From: Sulfurimonas sp. RIFOXYB12_FULL_35_9
Lineage (GTDB): Bacteria; Campylobacterota; Campylobacteria; Campylobacterales; Sulfurimonadaceae
DNA length: 64,000 nt
Direction: 5' to 3'
Assembly: GCF_001829715.1 (NCBI RefSeq)
Contig: NZ_MICC01000076.1
Coordinates: forward strand, 904-64,903
The position numbers were made by a program, and so were the translations under genes. Positions 1 through 9,333 of this stretch are shown here, piece by piece (the first letter of the stretch is position 1; every line of letters begins with the position of its first letter). The notes below the pieces were generated by a model that saw nothing but the letters and a program-made list of their open reading frames with translations, searched no databases and was not told the DNA's origin.

Positions 1-747
1 AATGTTTTTGCAACACTAGTACTTAACCACAGCTATGATTTTGGGGATAGAAAAGGGTGGACGCTAGATAACAGTTTTGTTACATATAGCAAAATAAGCA
101 AAGAGTACAGCAATAACAACTTGGCGCTTTTCTCACTAAGCATGGCGCCTACTTGGAGTGAAGACAGCTACAGACTCTCTTTCCCGATTACCTATGACCG
201 TATATTTTTGGATGAGAAGGGATACCTCTACAATCTAAGTTCAGGCATAAGAGGTACATACATGCTAGACGCAACTTCTGCAATCGATGGCGGATATATC
301 TATAAAAGAGGATATTACGACAACGATGAGTCGCAAGACAGCACAAGCAATACATTTGCCGCTTCTTACAAAAAAGCATTTGGCACAAACCCGATTATGC
401 TCTCTCTAAACTCAAGCCACACATCTACTTCTGCCATAAACAGCGGTCGTACGGATATCGAGAGTAGTGGTTATAGCTACGGTGCGGAGATAGCTAAAAA
501 GTTTACAAACGGTATCAGAACATCTGTAGGCTACACGGGAAGTTCCATCGATTATGAGATGGTAGACGCTCTTTTTGGGACAAAACGCTCAGATACCAGA
601 GATGAGTATGAGCTTGGTTTAGGATACGGCATTAGCAATAATATAATGCTAAATACCGCATTCTCTTATGCTAAAAACCACTCTAACCATGATCCGTTCA
701 ACTATGACAAGGTTACTGTTCTGGCAAATGCAATACTAAGTTTTTAA
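1..747 (+). CDS. outer-membrane beta-barrel protein, C-terminal part (5' end outside window)
   Basis: The frame of the listed ORF 121..747 stays open back to base 1 with no stop. Composition is Tyr/Gly/Ser/Asn-rich with alternating beta-strand patterns. The terminal ...ANAILSF has the aromatic end typical of OM barrels. The stop lies 1 nt before the next gene. Confidence 0.6.
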   Translation, partial: NVFATLVLNHSYDFGDRKGWTLDNSFVTYSKISKEYSNNNLALFSLSMAPTWSEDSYRLSFPITYDRIFLDEKGYLYNLSSGIRGTYMLDATSAIDGGYIYKRGYYDNDESQDSTSNTFAASYKKAFGTNPIMLSLNSSHTSTSAINSGRTDIESSGYSYGAEIAKKFTNGIRTSVGYTGSSIDYEMVDALFGTKRSDTRDEYELGLGYGISNNIMLNTAFSYAKNHSNHDPFNYDKVTVLANAILSF

Positions 748-748
748 A

Positions 749-2965
749 ATGCGCAAAACTTTGGTTCAGTTTATTGTCGCACTTTTTATAGCCATAGTTA
801 CTACGACACTCTATCTGCACCTCTCCGAGCTGTACCTGCCTTTTGAGCATAAGCTTAAAGATTTTATGTTTAAAGCCAGAGGGGAAGTTAAGGGCGATGA
901 AAATATTGTCATCATCGATATAGATGAAAAAAGTCTAAAAGCACTCGGGCAGTGGCCTTGGAGCAGAGACACGGTTTCTACGCTTCTGCAAAATCTTGCA
1001 GAGTATGAAGTCGGGATTGTAGGGCTTGATATCGTTTTTGCAGAACCCGACAACAGCTCTCCTAAAAAAGTATTTCAAAAGCTCGGACTCCCTTTTGAAA
1101 ATGTTATGGATTATGATGCACTTTTAGCCCAAACGATTGGCGATACGCCTACGATAGTCGGGTATGTTTTTGCTCTCTCAAATGATGGAATCGCACCTGA
1201 GGCGGCTCCAAAATCAAATGCTATCATTGTTGAGAAAAACAGACCGGAAAATTCATTTCTCATCAAACCATACAGAACCATTTTAAATATCCCATCCATT
1301 CAAGAAAATGCTTACTCCAGCGGCTACTTTAACACTATCCCCGACAACGACGGAGTTGTTCGCAGTATCCCACTGGTCATGCAGTATGACGGCATTGCCT
1401 ACCCTGCCCTAAGCCTTGAGATGATACGCGTTATGCTGGATCAAAAAAAGATTTCCATCGTATATGACGAAAGAGGGATAGAGCAGATAGAGTTGGGCGA
1501 CATTGCTATTCCTACGGATTTTTTCGGTCGCATGATAGTTAATTACCGAGGCGGAAGTAAGAGTTACCGATACATCTCCGCTGTCGATATCTACAATAAA
1601 ACCGCCGATGCTTCACATGTAAAAGGTAAAATCGCACTTCTTGGAACTTCCGCAGCAGGGCTTCTAGATCTCAGAAGCACACCGTTTGAGAGTGTTTTCC
1701 CCGGGGTAGAAGTACATGCAAACGCTCTTGATAACATTCTAAACAAAAACTTTATCGCTAAACCGATTTGGGCGGTTGGTGTTGATATGGCGGCAATTGC
1801 GATTGTGGCGTTGCTGACGTTTACTATCCTTCTTATTCCCTCTGCCATTTTTAGTTTTCTCTCACTTGTTCTGCTAAATTCGATTATTATCGGATTACAC
1901 TACTATTTTATGGTTTACGAGGGGATTATATTTCATACATTTCTTCTCCTCTTAAGTGCAAATATTCTTTTTGTTCTCGGTCAGGCTATAAACTACTTTT
2001 TGGAAATCAAACAAAAAGAGATGATTAAAGGCAAATTTGCGAGTAAAGTCAGCCCTGCCGTTATGAACGATATCTTATCAACACAGGGCGATGTTCTCTC
2101 GGGAAGAGAAAAAGAGATTACGGTCTTCTTCTCGGATGTACGTAACTTTACCAACCTCTCTGAAGCTATGGGAGATCCAAAGAGTTTGATTCATCTGATG
2201 AATGCATATATGGACCCGATGACGGATATCATTATAAAAACAGGCGGAACGGTAGATAAATTTATCGGCGATGCCATCATGGCATACTGGAATGCTCCGC
2301 TACATGTAGACAATCATGCCGATAAAGCGGTGTCAGCAGCACTGGAACAGCTGCACCACCTCAGAGATTTAAATGCCGAGCTTAGACTATCTCCGGAATT
2401 TAAAAATGCCGTTACCATGTCGGATAAAAAAGGCGTGCCCATCATAGATATCGGTATCGGAATCAACACGGGTGTGGCAATCGTTGGAGAGATGGGTTCA
2501 AGCAGCAGAAGCGACTATACCGTTATCGGAGACCCAATTAACCTCGGCTCTCGCCTTGAATCACTTTGTAAATACTACTCTTCAAAACTAAATATCTCAA
2601 ATTTCACAAAAGAGCAGCTTGAGGGTAAATATATTTTTCGCTTTTTAGATCTTGTTACCGTAAAAGGAAAGAGCGAACCAATCGAAATCTGGCAGGTACA
2701 TGACTACGATAGGGTAATGCCGATTCCCCTTTATAACGTCTCAAAAGAGGAGTTAGAAAAAGAGCTGCAACGCTATCATGAGGGCATCGCACTCTATAAA
2801 AAAGGTTTGTTTGAAGAGGCTTTAAAGATATTTGAAGAGCTTGATGCAAAAGAGGATAAAACAAACCAGACGATTTACGCAATTTACCGTGAGAGATGTT
2901 TACACTACATAGAGATGCCGCCGCAAAATTTTAACGGTGTTTTCGTACATACAAGCAAAGGATAA
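749..2965 (+). CDS. CHASE2 sensor domain / class III adenylate-guanylate cyclase
   Basis: An N-terminal TM segment is followed by an extracytoplasmic domain and a block of 3-4 TM helices, which is the CHASE2 layout. The catalytic core shows ITVFFSDVRNFTNLSE, DKFIGDAIMAYWNAP and GINTGVAIVGEMGS..RSDYTVIGDPINLGSRLES. The C-terminal tail is TPR-like. Confidence 0.85.
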   Translation: MRKTLVQFIVALFIAIVTTTLYLHLSELYLPFEHKLKDFMFKARGEVKGDENIVIIDIDEKSLKALGQWPWSRDTVSTLLQNLAEYEVGIVGLDIVFAEPDNSSPKKVFQKLGLPFENVMDYDALLAQTIGDTPTIVGYVFALSNDGIAPEAAPKSNAIIVEKNRPENSFLIKPYRTILNIPSIQENAYSSGYFNTIPDNDGVVRSIPLVMQYDGIAYPALSLEMIRVMLDQKKISIVYDERGIEQIELGDIAIPTDFFGRMIVNYRGGSKSYRYISAVDIYNKTADASHVKGKIALLGTSAAGLLDLRSTPFESVFPGVEVHANALDNILNKNFIAKPIWAVGVDMAAIAIVALLTFTILLIPSAIFSFLSLVLLNSIIIGLHYYFMVYEGIIFHTFLLLLSANILFVLGQAINYFLEIKQKEMIKGKFASKVSPAVMNDILSTQGDVLSGREKEITVFFSDVRNFTNLSEAMGDPKSLIHLMNAYMDPMTDIIIKTGGTVDKFIGDAIMAYWNAPLHVDNHADKAVSAALEQLHHLRDLNAELRLSPEFKNAVTMSDKKGVPIIDIGIGINTGVAIVGEMGSSSRSDYTVIGDPINLGSRLESLCKYYSSKLNISNFTKEQLEGKYIFRFLDLVTVKGKSEPIEIWQVHDYDRVMPIPLYNVSKEELEKELQRYHEGIALYKKGLFEEALKIFEELDAKEDKTNQTIYAIYRERCLHYIEMPPQNFNGVFVHTSKG

Positions 2966-2968
2966 AAA

Positions 2969-5365
2969 ATGGATAAAATTACGATACTAGGAGCACAGGG
3001 AAGCAGATCTGAGAATGCTTTTACGACATGTATTCAAGTTACGCAGAACACGCTTATCGATGCAGGAAACATTATGCATGCTCTTGGCGAAAAAGCAAGT
3101 CATATCAACAAAATATTTTTTTCACATGCACATTTGGATCACATTGTAGATAGTGCTTTTTTGATAGACAACAGCTTCGCAAACCGTACTGAACCTCTTT
3201 ATCTTTATGGACTTCCGCAGACCATAAAAGCACTTAAAACGCATATTTTCAACTGGGAAATTTGGCCTGATTTTAGTGAAATCAACCTAACTCAAAGCGA
3301 ATCTCCTGCCGTAATCTATGTTGAACTTGAATTTCATAAACGCTATGAAATCGAAAATGGAATTTTTCTAACTCCAATTCCTGCAAACCACTCCGTGCCA
3401 TGTTGCGGTTATCTGATACAAAACAGCGAAGGCGCAATTCTTTATTCGGGTGATACGTTTAAAAACAGCGAATTATGGGATTTTATAAACCAACATGACT
3501 CCATCAAAGCACTAATCATAGATGTCTCTTTTCCAAACAAGTTCGCAAAAATTGCCGAAGTAAGCAAGCACCTTACTCCGCAGTTTTTACATGAAGAGTT
3601 GCAACAGCTAGAGCGTAAAGATATCAAAATATATATAAATCATCTTAAGCCTTTTTATAACTCTCAAATCGTATCGGAGCTAAAAGAGTTAGGAATTTCT
3701 GAAAATCAAATTCTTCAAGACGCAGAGCAGATCTCTTTAAATAATGGCTTGATTAAGCGTACATCTTCACACTACACGACGCAACAAAAGATTCAAAAGC
3801 TCAACAAAATAGGAACTGCCCTCTCGGCTGAAAACAACTTAGATGCTCTTTTGGAGATAATAGTCTCCGAAGCAAAAATGCTTACAAACGCCGATGCAGG
3901 GACTCTATATATTTTGGATGAGGGACATCTGCACTTTAAAGTTGCGCAAACCGATTCGCTGGGCATAAAAATGGGAGGAACAAGCGGCGCTATCACATGG
4001 CCTCCGCTTCCTCTCTATCTTGAAGACGGTTCACCTAACAAAAAGATGGTTGCCGCAACCTGTGCACTTGAGGACAAGCTTATAAATATTCCAGATGTTT
4101 ATGAGGCGGTAGGTTTCTCTTTTGATGGAACTAAAAAGTTCGATACAGGCACAGGTTATCGCTCAAAATCGATGCTGGTAATTCCGCTTAAAAACCATGA
4201 ATTTGAGATTATCGGAGTACTGCAGCTTCTAAATAAACATGACAGTGATACGGATGAAACGATAGCTTTTGACACTGAGGATGAAGAGCTTACACTATCG
4301 TTAGCCTCACAGGCGGCAGTTGCGATTACAAATACCACTCTAATCCAAGGTTTGGAAACACTGCTTGAAGCATTTTTACAAAGCATTATTTTTGCCATCA
4401 GTAAAAAATCTCCATATACCGCAGGACATATTGAGCGCATGGTAAAACTGAGCGTAATGATTGCCGAGGCGATAAACAAAGATGAGACAACCTACAAAGA
4501 TAAGAACTTCAGCATCCAAGAGATTAAGCAGATAAACTTTGCCGCACTTATGCATGACATAGGAAAGTTGGCAACTCCTGAGCAGATAGTCGATAAATCG
4601 ACAAAACTTGAGACTATCTTTGATCGCATAGAAGTTGTTAGAGGTCGCATAGAGATTATAAAAAAAGCGCTTCATGTAGAGCTTTTAAACCAGAAAATAA
4701 AATTAATAAGCGATGGAGACACCCAGCGTATAGAGCAGTCTGAGAATGAATTTATCCAAAGCCTTGCTACTTTGGATAGTTACCTTGCATGCATCGAGAC
4801 AAGCAACAAAGGGACTGAATTTACAAAAGATGAGCAGATAGCTCTAATCCAAAAAATCGCAAGCGAGCCTTGGGTAGTAGAGGGTGTGAGTTACCATATT
4901 TTAAATGAGAATGAAGCCTACAATCTAAGCGTGCAAAAAGGAACTCTCACGGCAGAAGAGCGTGAGATTATAAACGACCATGCAAAAATAAGCATCGACA
5001 TCTTAAACAAACTTCCTTTCCCTAAAAAGTATAAAGAGATTCCGCAAATTTCAGGAAATCATCATGAGAAAATCAGCGGCAAAGGGTATCCGCTGGGACT
5101 CAAGGGAGATGAGATAAGCTTTGAAGCACGTATTTTAGCCGTAGCCGATGTCTTTGAAGCCTTAACGGCAAGCGACAGACCGTACAAAAAAGGAAATCCG
5201 CTCTCTTCGGCTATGAAAATCATGTACTTTATGGCAAAAGACGATGAGCTTGACAGAGAGATAGTAAAGTTTTTCTACCACTCAGGGCTATATCTGGAAT
5301 ATGCAGAAAAACTGCTTCCGCCGCAGAGCATTGACGAGGTTACCACGGATTTTAGTTCGCTCTAA
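2969..5365 (+). CDS. multidomain phosphodiesterase: class-II cyclic-nucleotide PDE (metallo-beta-lactamase fold) - GAF - HD-GYP
   Basis: The N-terminus has FFSHAHLDHIVDS, matching the HxHLDH class-II 3',5'-cNMP PDE signature. The middle region is GAF-like (LLEIIVSEAKMLTNADAGTLYILDE...). The C-terminus has the HD-GYP motifs MHDIGKLATP and HHEKISGKGYPLGLKG. Confidence 0.8.
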   Translation: MDKITILGAQGSRSENAFTTCIQVTQNTLIDAGNIMHALGEKASHINKIFFSHAHLDHIVDSAFLIDNSFANRTEPLYLYGLPQTIKALKTHIFNWEIWPDFSEINLTQSESPAVIYVELEFHKRYEIENGIFLTPIPANHSVPCCGYLIQNSEGAILYSGDTFKNSELWDFINQHDSIKALIIDVSFPNKFAKIAEVSKHLTPQFLHEELQQLERKDIKIYINHLKPFYNSQIVSELKELGISENQILQDAEQISLNNGLIKRTSSHYTTQQKIQKLNKIGTALSAENNLDALLEIIVSEAKMLTNADAGTLYILDEGHLHFKVAQTDSLGIKMGGTSGAITWPPLPLYLEDGSPNKKMVAATCALEDKLINIPDVYEAVGFSFDGTKKFDTGTGYRSKSMLVIPLKNHEFEIIGVLQLLNKHDSDTDETIAFDTEDEELTLSLASQAAVAITNTTLIQGLETLLEAFLQSIIFAISKKSPYTAGHIERMVKLSVMIAEAINKDETTYKDKNFSIQEIKQINFAALMHDIGKLATPEQIVDKSTKLETIFDRIEVVRGRIEIIKKALHVELLNQKIKLISDGDTQRIEQSENEFIQSLATLDSYLACIETSNKGTEFTKDEQIALIQKIASEPWVVEGVSYHILNENEAYNLSVQKGTLTAEEREIINDHAKISIDILNKLPFPKKYKEIPQISGNHHEKISGKGYPLGLKGDEISFEARILAVADVFEALTASDRPYKKGNPLSSAMKIMYFMAKDDELDREIVKFFYHSGLYLEYAEKLLPPQSIDEVTTDFSSL

Positions 5366-5376
5366 AATCTGAGGTT

Positions 5377-7206
5377 TTACTCTACCTCTGCTATCTTTTT
5401 ATCATAATCTTGCGAGATTTCATCAAACTCGCTCTGTAATATCTCTAAAAGTTCAAACATCTTCTCAACCTCTTTTTGCTCAAGAGAGACAAGTTTTGAA
5501 AACTCGATAATCTTAAAAGTGTCGCCCTTGGTTGAGGCTTCAAGCAGTTTCTTTTGATGAGAAGCCAAAGTCTCTTCAGACTTTATAATGGATGCTTCAA
5601 GCTTTTCAATTTTTTTCTTTATCGGTGAAGTGAGCTTATTTTTATCTCTAATAAGATCTGCTTTTGCTTTTTTGTTGTCTTTGAAAGAGCTTTTTGGTTT
5701 TTGCTTAACTCTATCCTCTTCTTCCTCTTCCCAGCCCATTTTCTCTAAGAAAAGGTCGTAACCGCCGTCAAAATACTCTGCACCGTTTCTTGTAAAGATT
5801 ATTAGTCTATCGCATACACGGCGTAAAAGCTCTTCGGAGTGGGTTACTACGATAACCGAACCGTCATAGTTCTCAATAGCCTTTGTAAGTGCTTCGATAG
5901 AGTCCATGTCAAGGTGGTTTGTCGGCTCATCAAGGAAAAGTACATTAACTTCCCTAGCCAAAATCTGCCCAAGCATAACACGGCTTTTCTCTCCACCTGA
6001 GAGAAGCGAAACTTTTTTGTCCGCACTATCTCCGCTAAACATCATAGCCCCTGCTATGCCTCTGATAGTCTGGGCTGAGAGCTTAGTGTTAGCAGAGTGA
6101 ATCTCATCCAAAACGGTACTTGTCGGATGGAGTCTTGCAATATTTGTTTGACCAAAGTGCGCAAAAGCCGTACTTGGATGCATGTGGACTTCGCCCTCCA
6201 CTGCTTTTAGCTCGCCTGCAATAGTATTTAAGAGAGTTGATTTACCTTTACCGTTTTTTCCGATAATGCCGAGTCGTTCCCCTTTTTCAAGTACAAACGA
6301 GATATTTTTAAAAAGTATATTATCAGGTGTATATCCAAAACTCAGATTTTTAACGTCAATCAGAACTTTTGCAGGCGTCTCTTTGTAATTAAAATTGAAT
6401 TCCAGTGTTGAATCGTAATCCAAATCATCAAGCAAGTCCATCTTCTCCAGCTGTTTTACTTTGGACTGCGCCAAAGCCGCCGTAGAAGCACGAGCTTTGT
6501 TTCGGGCGATGAAATCTTCAAGCTCTTTTACCTTTTTATCTTGTGAAATCTTCTGTTTTTCATGCAGCTCATCGCTTGATTTTAGCTGTTCATAGTATTT
6601 GTGAGTATCTCCGGCAATAATTCTTAGATTTTTGCGCACAATTCCCATCGTGTGTGTTACCACGGCATCCATAAAATCACGGTCGTGCGTGATTAAAATA
6701 ACTTCGCCCTCAAATGCCTTTAAAAAGGTTTTTAGCCATCTAAGCGAAAGGATATCAAGGTAGTTTGTCGGCTCATCAAGAAGGAGCAGATTCGGTTCTG
6801 TTACAAGCAGTTTTGCAAGATTTATACGAATCTGATATCCGCCTGAAAATGAGAGCGGATCTTTCTCCAAATCATCTTGCGTAAAACCTAAACCAAAAAG
6901 AATCTTCTCAACTCTATAGACATCATACTTCATGTCCTCTTCAAGTGCGAGTGCCGCTTCTTCTCTTAAAGTGCCCTCAGTAAATACCAAATACTGTTTT
7001 AACGTCCCTATTTTGTACCCTTTTGGTATAACTACTTCACCGACATCAGGCGTCTCTTCTCCGAGTATAAGTTTAAAAAGAGTCGACTTTCCGCTTCCGT
7101 TACGACCTACAAGACCCATTTTATTGCCCGAATTTAGTTTGAAACTAAGATTGCTAAAAAGCTCTTGTTTGCCGAAATTTTTTGATATATTTATTAGTTG
7201 TATCAT
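5377..7206 (-). CDS. ABC-F family ATPase (two fused ABC domains, no TM domain)
   Basis: Two Walker A motifs (GRNGSGKST, GKNGKGKST) and two signature motifs (LSGGYQ, LSGGEKSR) are present. A charged inter-domain linker and a C-terminal coiled-coil tail complete the ABC-F layout. Confidence 0.9.
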   Translation of the reverse strand: MIQLINISKNFGKQELFSNLSFKLNSGNKMGLVGRNGSGKSTLFKLILGEETPDVGEVVIPKGYKIGTLKQYLVFTEGTLREEAALALEEDMKYDVYRVEKILFGLGFTQDDLEKDPLSFSGGYQIRINLAKLLVTEPNLLLLDEPTNYLDILSLRWLKTFLKAFEGEVILITHDRDFMDAVVTHTMGIVRKNLRIIAGDTHKYYEQLKSSDELHEKQKISQDKKVKELEDFIARNKARASTAALAQSKVKQLEKMDLLDDLDYDSTLEFNFNYKETPAKVLIDVKNLSFGYTPDNILFKNISFVLEKGERLGIIGKNGKGKSTLLNTIAGELKAVEGEVHMHPSTAFAHFGQTNIARLHPTSTVLDEIHSANTKLSAQTIRGIAGAMMFSGDSADKKVSLLSGGEKSRVMLGQILAREVNVLFLDEPTNHLDMDSIEALTKAIENYDGSVIVVTHSEELLRRVCDRLIIFTRNGAEYFDGGYDLFLEKMGWEEEEEDRVKQKPKSSFKDNKKAKADLIRDKNKLTSPIKKKIEKLEASIIKSEETLASHQKKLLEASTKGDTFKIIEFSKLVSLEQKEVEKMFELLEILQSEFDEISQDYDKKIAEVE

Positions 7207-7216
7207 ATTTTATTTT

Positions 7217-7750
7217 TTACCTTTTTATCTTTTCTAATATCCAATGCCACTCGCCGTAACCGCTTGAGACGTTGATATGCCCTGCGTTTTCTAAAACCTT
7301 TATCTCTATACCAAGTGCTTTTTGAAGCTCTGAAGCTTCATCTTGTGTCATGTATGGGTCGTTCGTTGATGTAATGAGCAAAGACTCTTTTGCATGGAGA
7401 TTTTTAGGTATCTCACATGGAAAAAAGCTCTTTAACTCTTCGATATCACATGCCAAACTCGGCACGGCAACCAAAAAAAGTCTCTCTATCTCTTTTGGTT
7501 TTATCTCGTTGCAGATATGAAACCATAAAATATTTGCGATAGAGTGGCAAACCACGATGTCTGGTTTAAACTCTTCAAGCTCTTTAGCCAACTCGCTCAT
7601 CCACACATCTTTTTGTGGAAAATCAAAATTGCTAAACTTGAAAAAGCTTACACACCCGTAATCTTTTGCAATCTCTGCGGCAAGCCAACTCTGCCAATGA
7701 GGAAAATCGCTTCCGCCCCAGCCATGCAAAATCAAAGTCTTCTGTTTCAC
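7217..7750 (-). CDS. small alpha/beta serine hydrolase (YdeN/RBBP9-like)
   Basis: The 177-aa protein starts LILHGWGGS, has a nucleophile-elbow-like VCHSIA, and a C-terminal GH...W region. Confidence 0.55.
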   Translation of the reverse strand: MKQKTLILHGWGGSDFPHWQSWLAAEIAKDYGCVSFFKFSNFDFPQKDVWMSELAKELEEFKPDIVVCHSIANILWFHICNEIKPKEIERLFLVAVPSLACDIEELKSFFPCEIPKNLHAKESLLITSTNDPYMTQDEASELQKALGIEIKVLENAGHINVSSGYGEWHWILEKIKR

Positions 7751-7889
7751 TCTCTATTCCTGTTAAAATTGCCAAGTCAACTGCACCACGATGCCAATTT
7801 TAGTGGAAGTATACCAAATATGATAAAAGAATCGGATAAGCTAAAGAACTCTATAATCAAAATTAAAAATTATAGAAAAAGGTACAAGG

Positions 7890-9281
7890 ATGCAAAAGAG
7901 AAGCATTAAAGCAATTACCGTAACCCGACTACTGCAGGTTTTTATAGTTGCTACATTGGTTATAGTCTCTATAGTTCTATTAAGTTACAGAAGTTTTTTT
8001 CAGTTTATAGTAGAAAATAAAATCCATACAATTTCAGAAATCATACAAGCAGGTCTGACATCGCATATGAAAGCCGGGATAATGGATAAGCGAGATTATT
8101 TTTTGGATGAAATATCTTCGGTTCATGATATAAAAACTATTAAAATTATTCGTGGGGATGCGGTCATAAAAGAGTATGGCGAGTCAACCTTGTCCGAAGA
8201 GAAACTAAACAGTGATCTTAGAGCCATTTTAGAAAAAAAAGAGGTATATGTAGAGTGGAGAGATATGCAAGGCAGTGTTAAATCGGTTGTTCCTTATATC
8301 GCAAATTCTGACTGTCTGCAGTGTCATAATGTCAAAGAGGGTACGCTTTTGGGTGCTGTAGATATTGAGATGGAGATTGATGCATACCAGAACTTTGTCA
8401 TAAAAAACAGTTATGTGATTATTGCGGCTCTGCTTTTGTTTGCTTTGATTGTAGTGTTTAATATGTTTCATGTCATTGAGCGTTATATAAGCAAACCTCT
8501 TTTAAATATTATCGATGAAACTGAAGATGCTTATTTTTTACATAAAAATATAGACAGCAGTAAGTACGAAAGCAAAGAGTTTGAAGATGTTGCATTAAGC
8601 GTAAATAATTTTAACAAAACAGTTATAGAAAAAGAGAATGAGCTAACATATAAAAACAAACAACTTCGACTTTTAAATGAAGAGATAGAATCAACTCTAA
8701 AAGAAACTATGCTTGCGATAGGAAAAATAGAGGAGATCCGTTCATTTCCTACAAGTCAGCATACCAAACGGGTTGCCGCACTAAGCACAATAATCGCAAA
8801 AGAGTACGGATTGAGCGATGAGCAGATAAAACTCATAGAGGTAGCATCGCCTCTTCATGACATAGGAAAAGTCGGAATTGCCGATGCCGTTTTAAATAAA
8901 CCCGGCAAATTGACGCCTGATGAATTTAATATTATTAAATCCCACTCTCTTTTCGGATATAACATTTTAAAAAATTCTAAACGAGAGATACTAAAAACTG
9001 CGGCTGCTATTGCTTATGAACATCATGAAAGATATGACGGAACCGGTTATCCGCAAGGGCTAAAGGGCGAAGATATCTCTATCTATGCGCGCATTGTTGC
9101 GATTGTCGATGTTTTCGATGTTCTGCTCTCCAAACGGGTATATAAAGAGCCATGGTCAACAGAAGATGCTATCGCCTTTTTCAAAGAGCAAAGAGGTAAG
9201 CATTTTGAGCCGAAATTAGTAGATATATTGCTTGAAAATATTGATGATTTTGTACAGCTGCATAGAGATTTATCCGTATAG
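7890..9281 (+). CDS. membrane-bound HD-GYP phosphodiesterase with periplasmic CxxCH (heme-c type) sensor domain
   Basis: TM1 lies at about residues 15-35. The extracytoplasmic domain contains SDCLQCHNVKEGTLLGAVDIE. TM2 lies at about residues 175-195 and is followed by a coiled coil. The HD-GYP motifs are HDIGKVGI and HHERYDGTGYPQGLKG. Confidence 0.8.
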   Translation: MQKRSIKAITVTRLLQVFIVATLVIVSIVLLSYRSFFQFIVENKIHTISEIIQAGLTSHMKAGIMDKRDYFLDEISSVHDIKTIKIIRGDAVIKEYGESTLSEEKLNSDLRAILEKKEVYVEWRDMQGSVKSVVPYIANSDCLQCHNVKEGTLLGAVDIEMEIDAYQNFVIKNSYVIIAALLLFALIVVFNMFHVIERYISKPLLNIIDETEDAYFLHKNIDSSKYESKEFEDVALSVNNFNKTVIEKENELTYKNKQLRLLNEEIESTLKETMLAIGKIEEIRSFPTSQHTKRVAALSTIIAKEYGLSDEQIKLIEVASPLHDIGKVGIADAVLNKPGKLTPDEFNIIKSHSLFGYNILKNSKREILKTAAAIAYEHHERYDGTGYPQGLKGEDISIYARIVAIVDVFDVLLSKRVYKEPWSTEDAIAFFKEQRGKHFEPKLVDILLENIDDFVQLHRDLSV

Positions 9282-9301
9282 GTATACAGAAATTTCGTGT
9301 T

Positions 9302-9325
9302 ATGCAAAGATTAGAATCTTTGCAT
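9302..9325. terminator. bidirectional hairpin between convergent genes
   Basis: The sequence atgcaaagatt-ag-aatctttgcat is a near-perfect inverted repeat. It lies between the stops at 9281 (+) and 9334 (-) and has T/A-rich flanks. Confidence 0.55.
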
Positions 9326-9333
9326 ATTTATGT

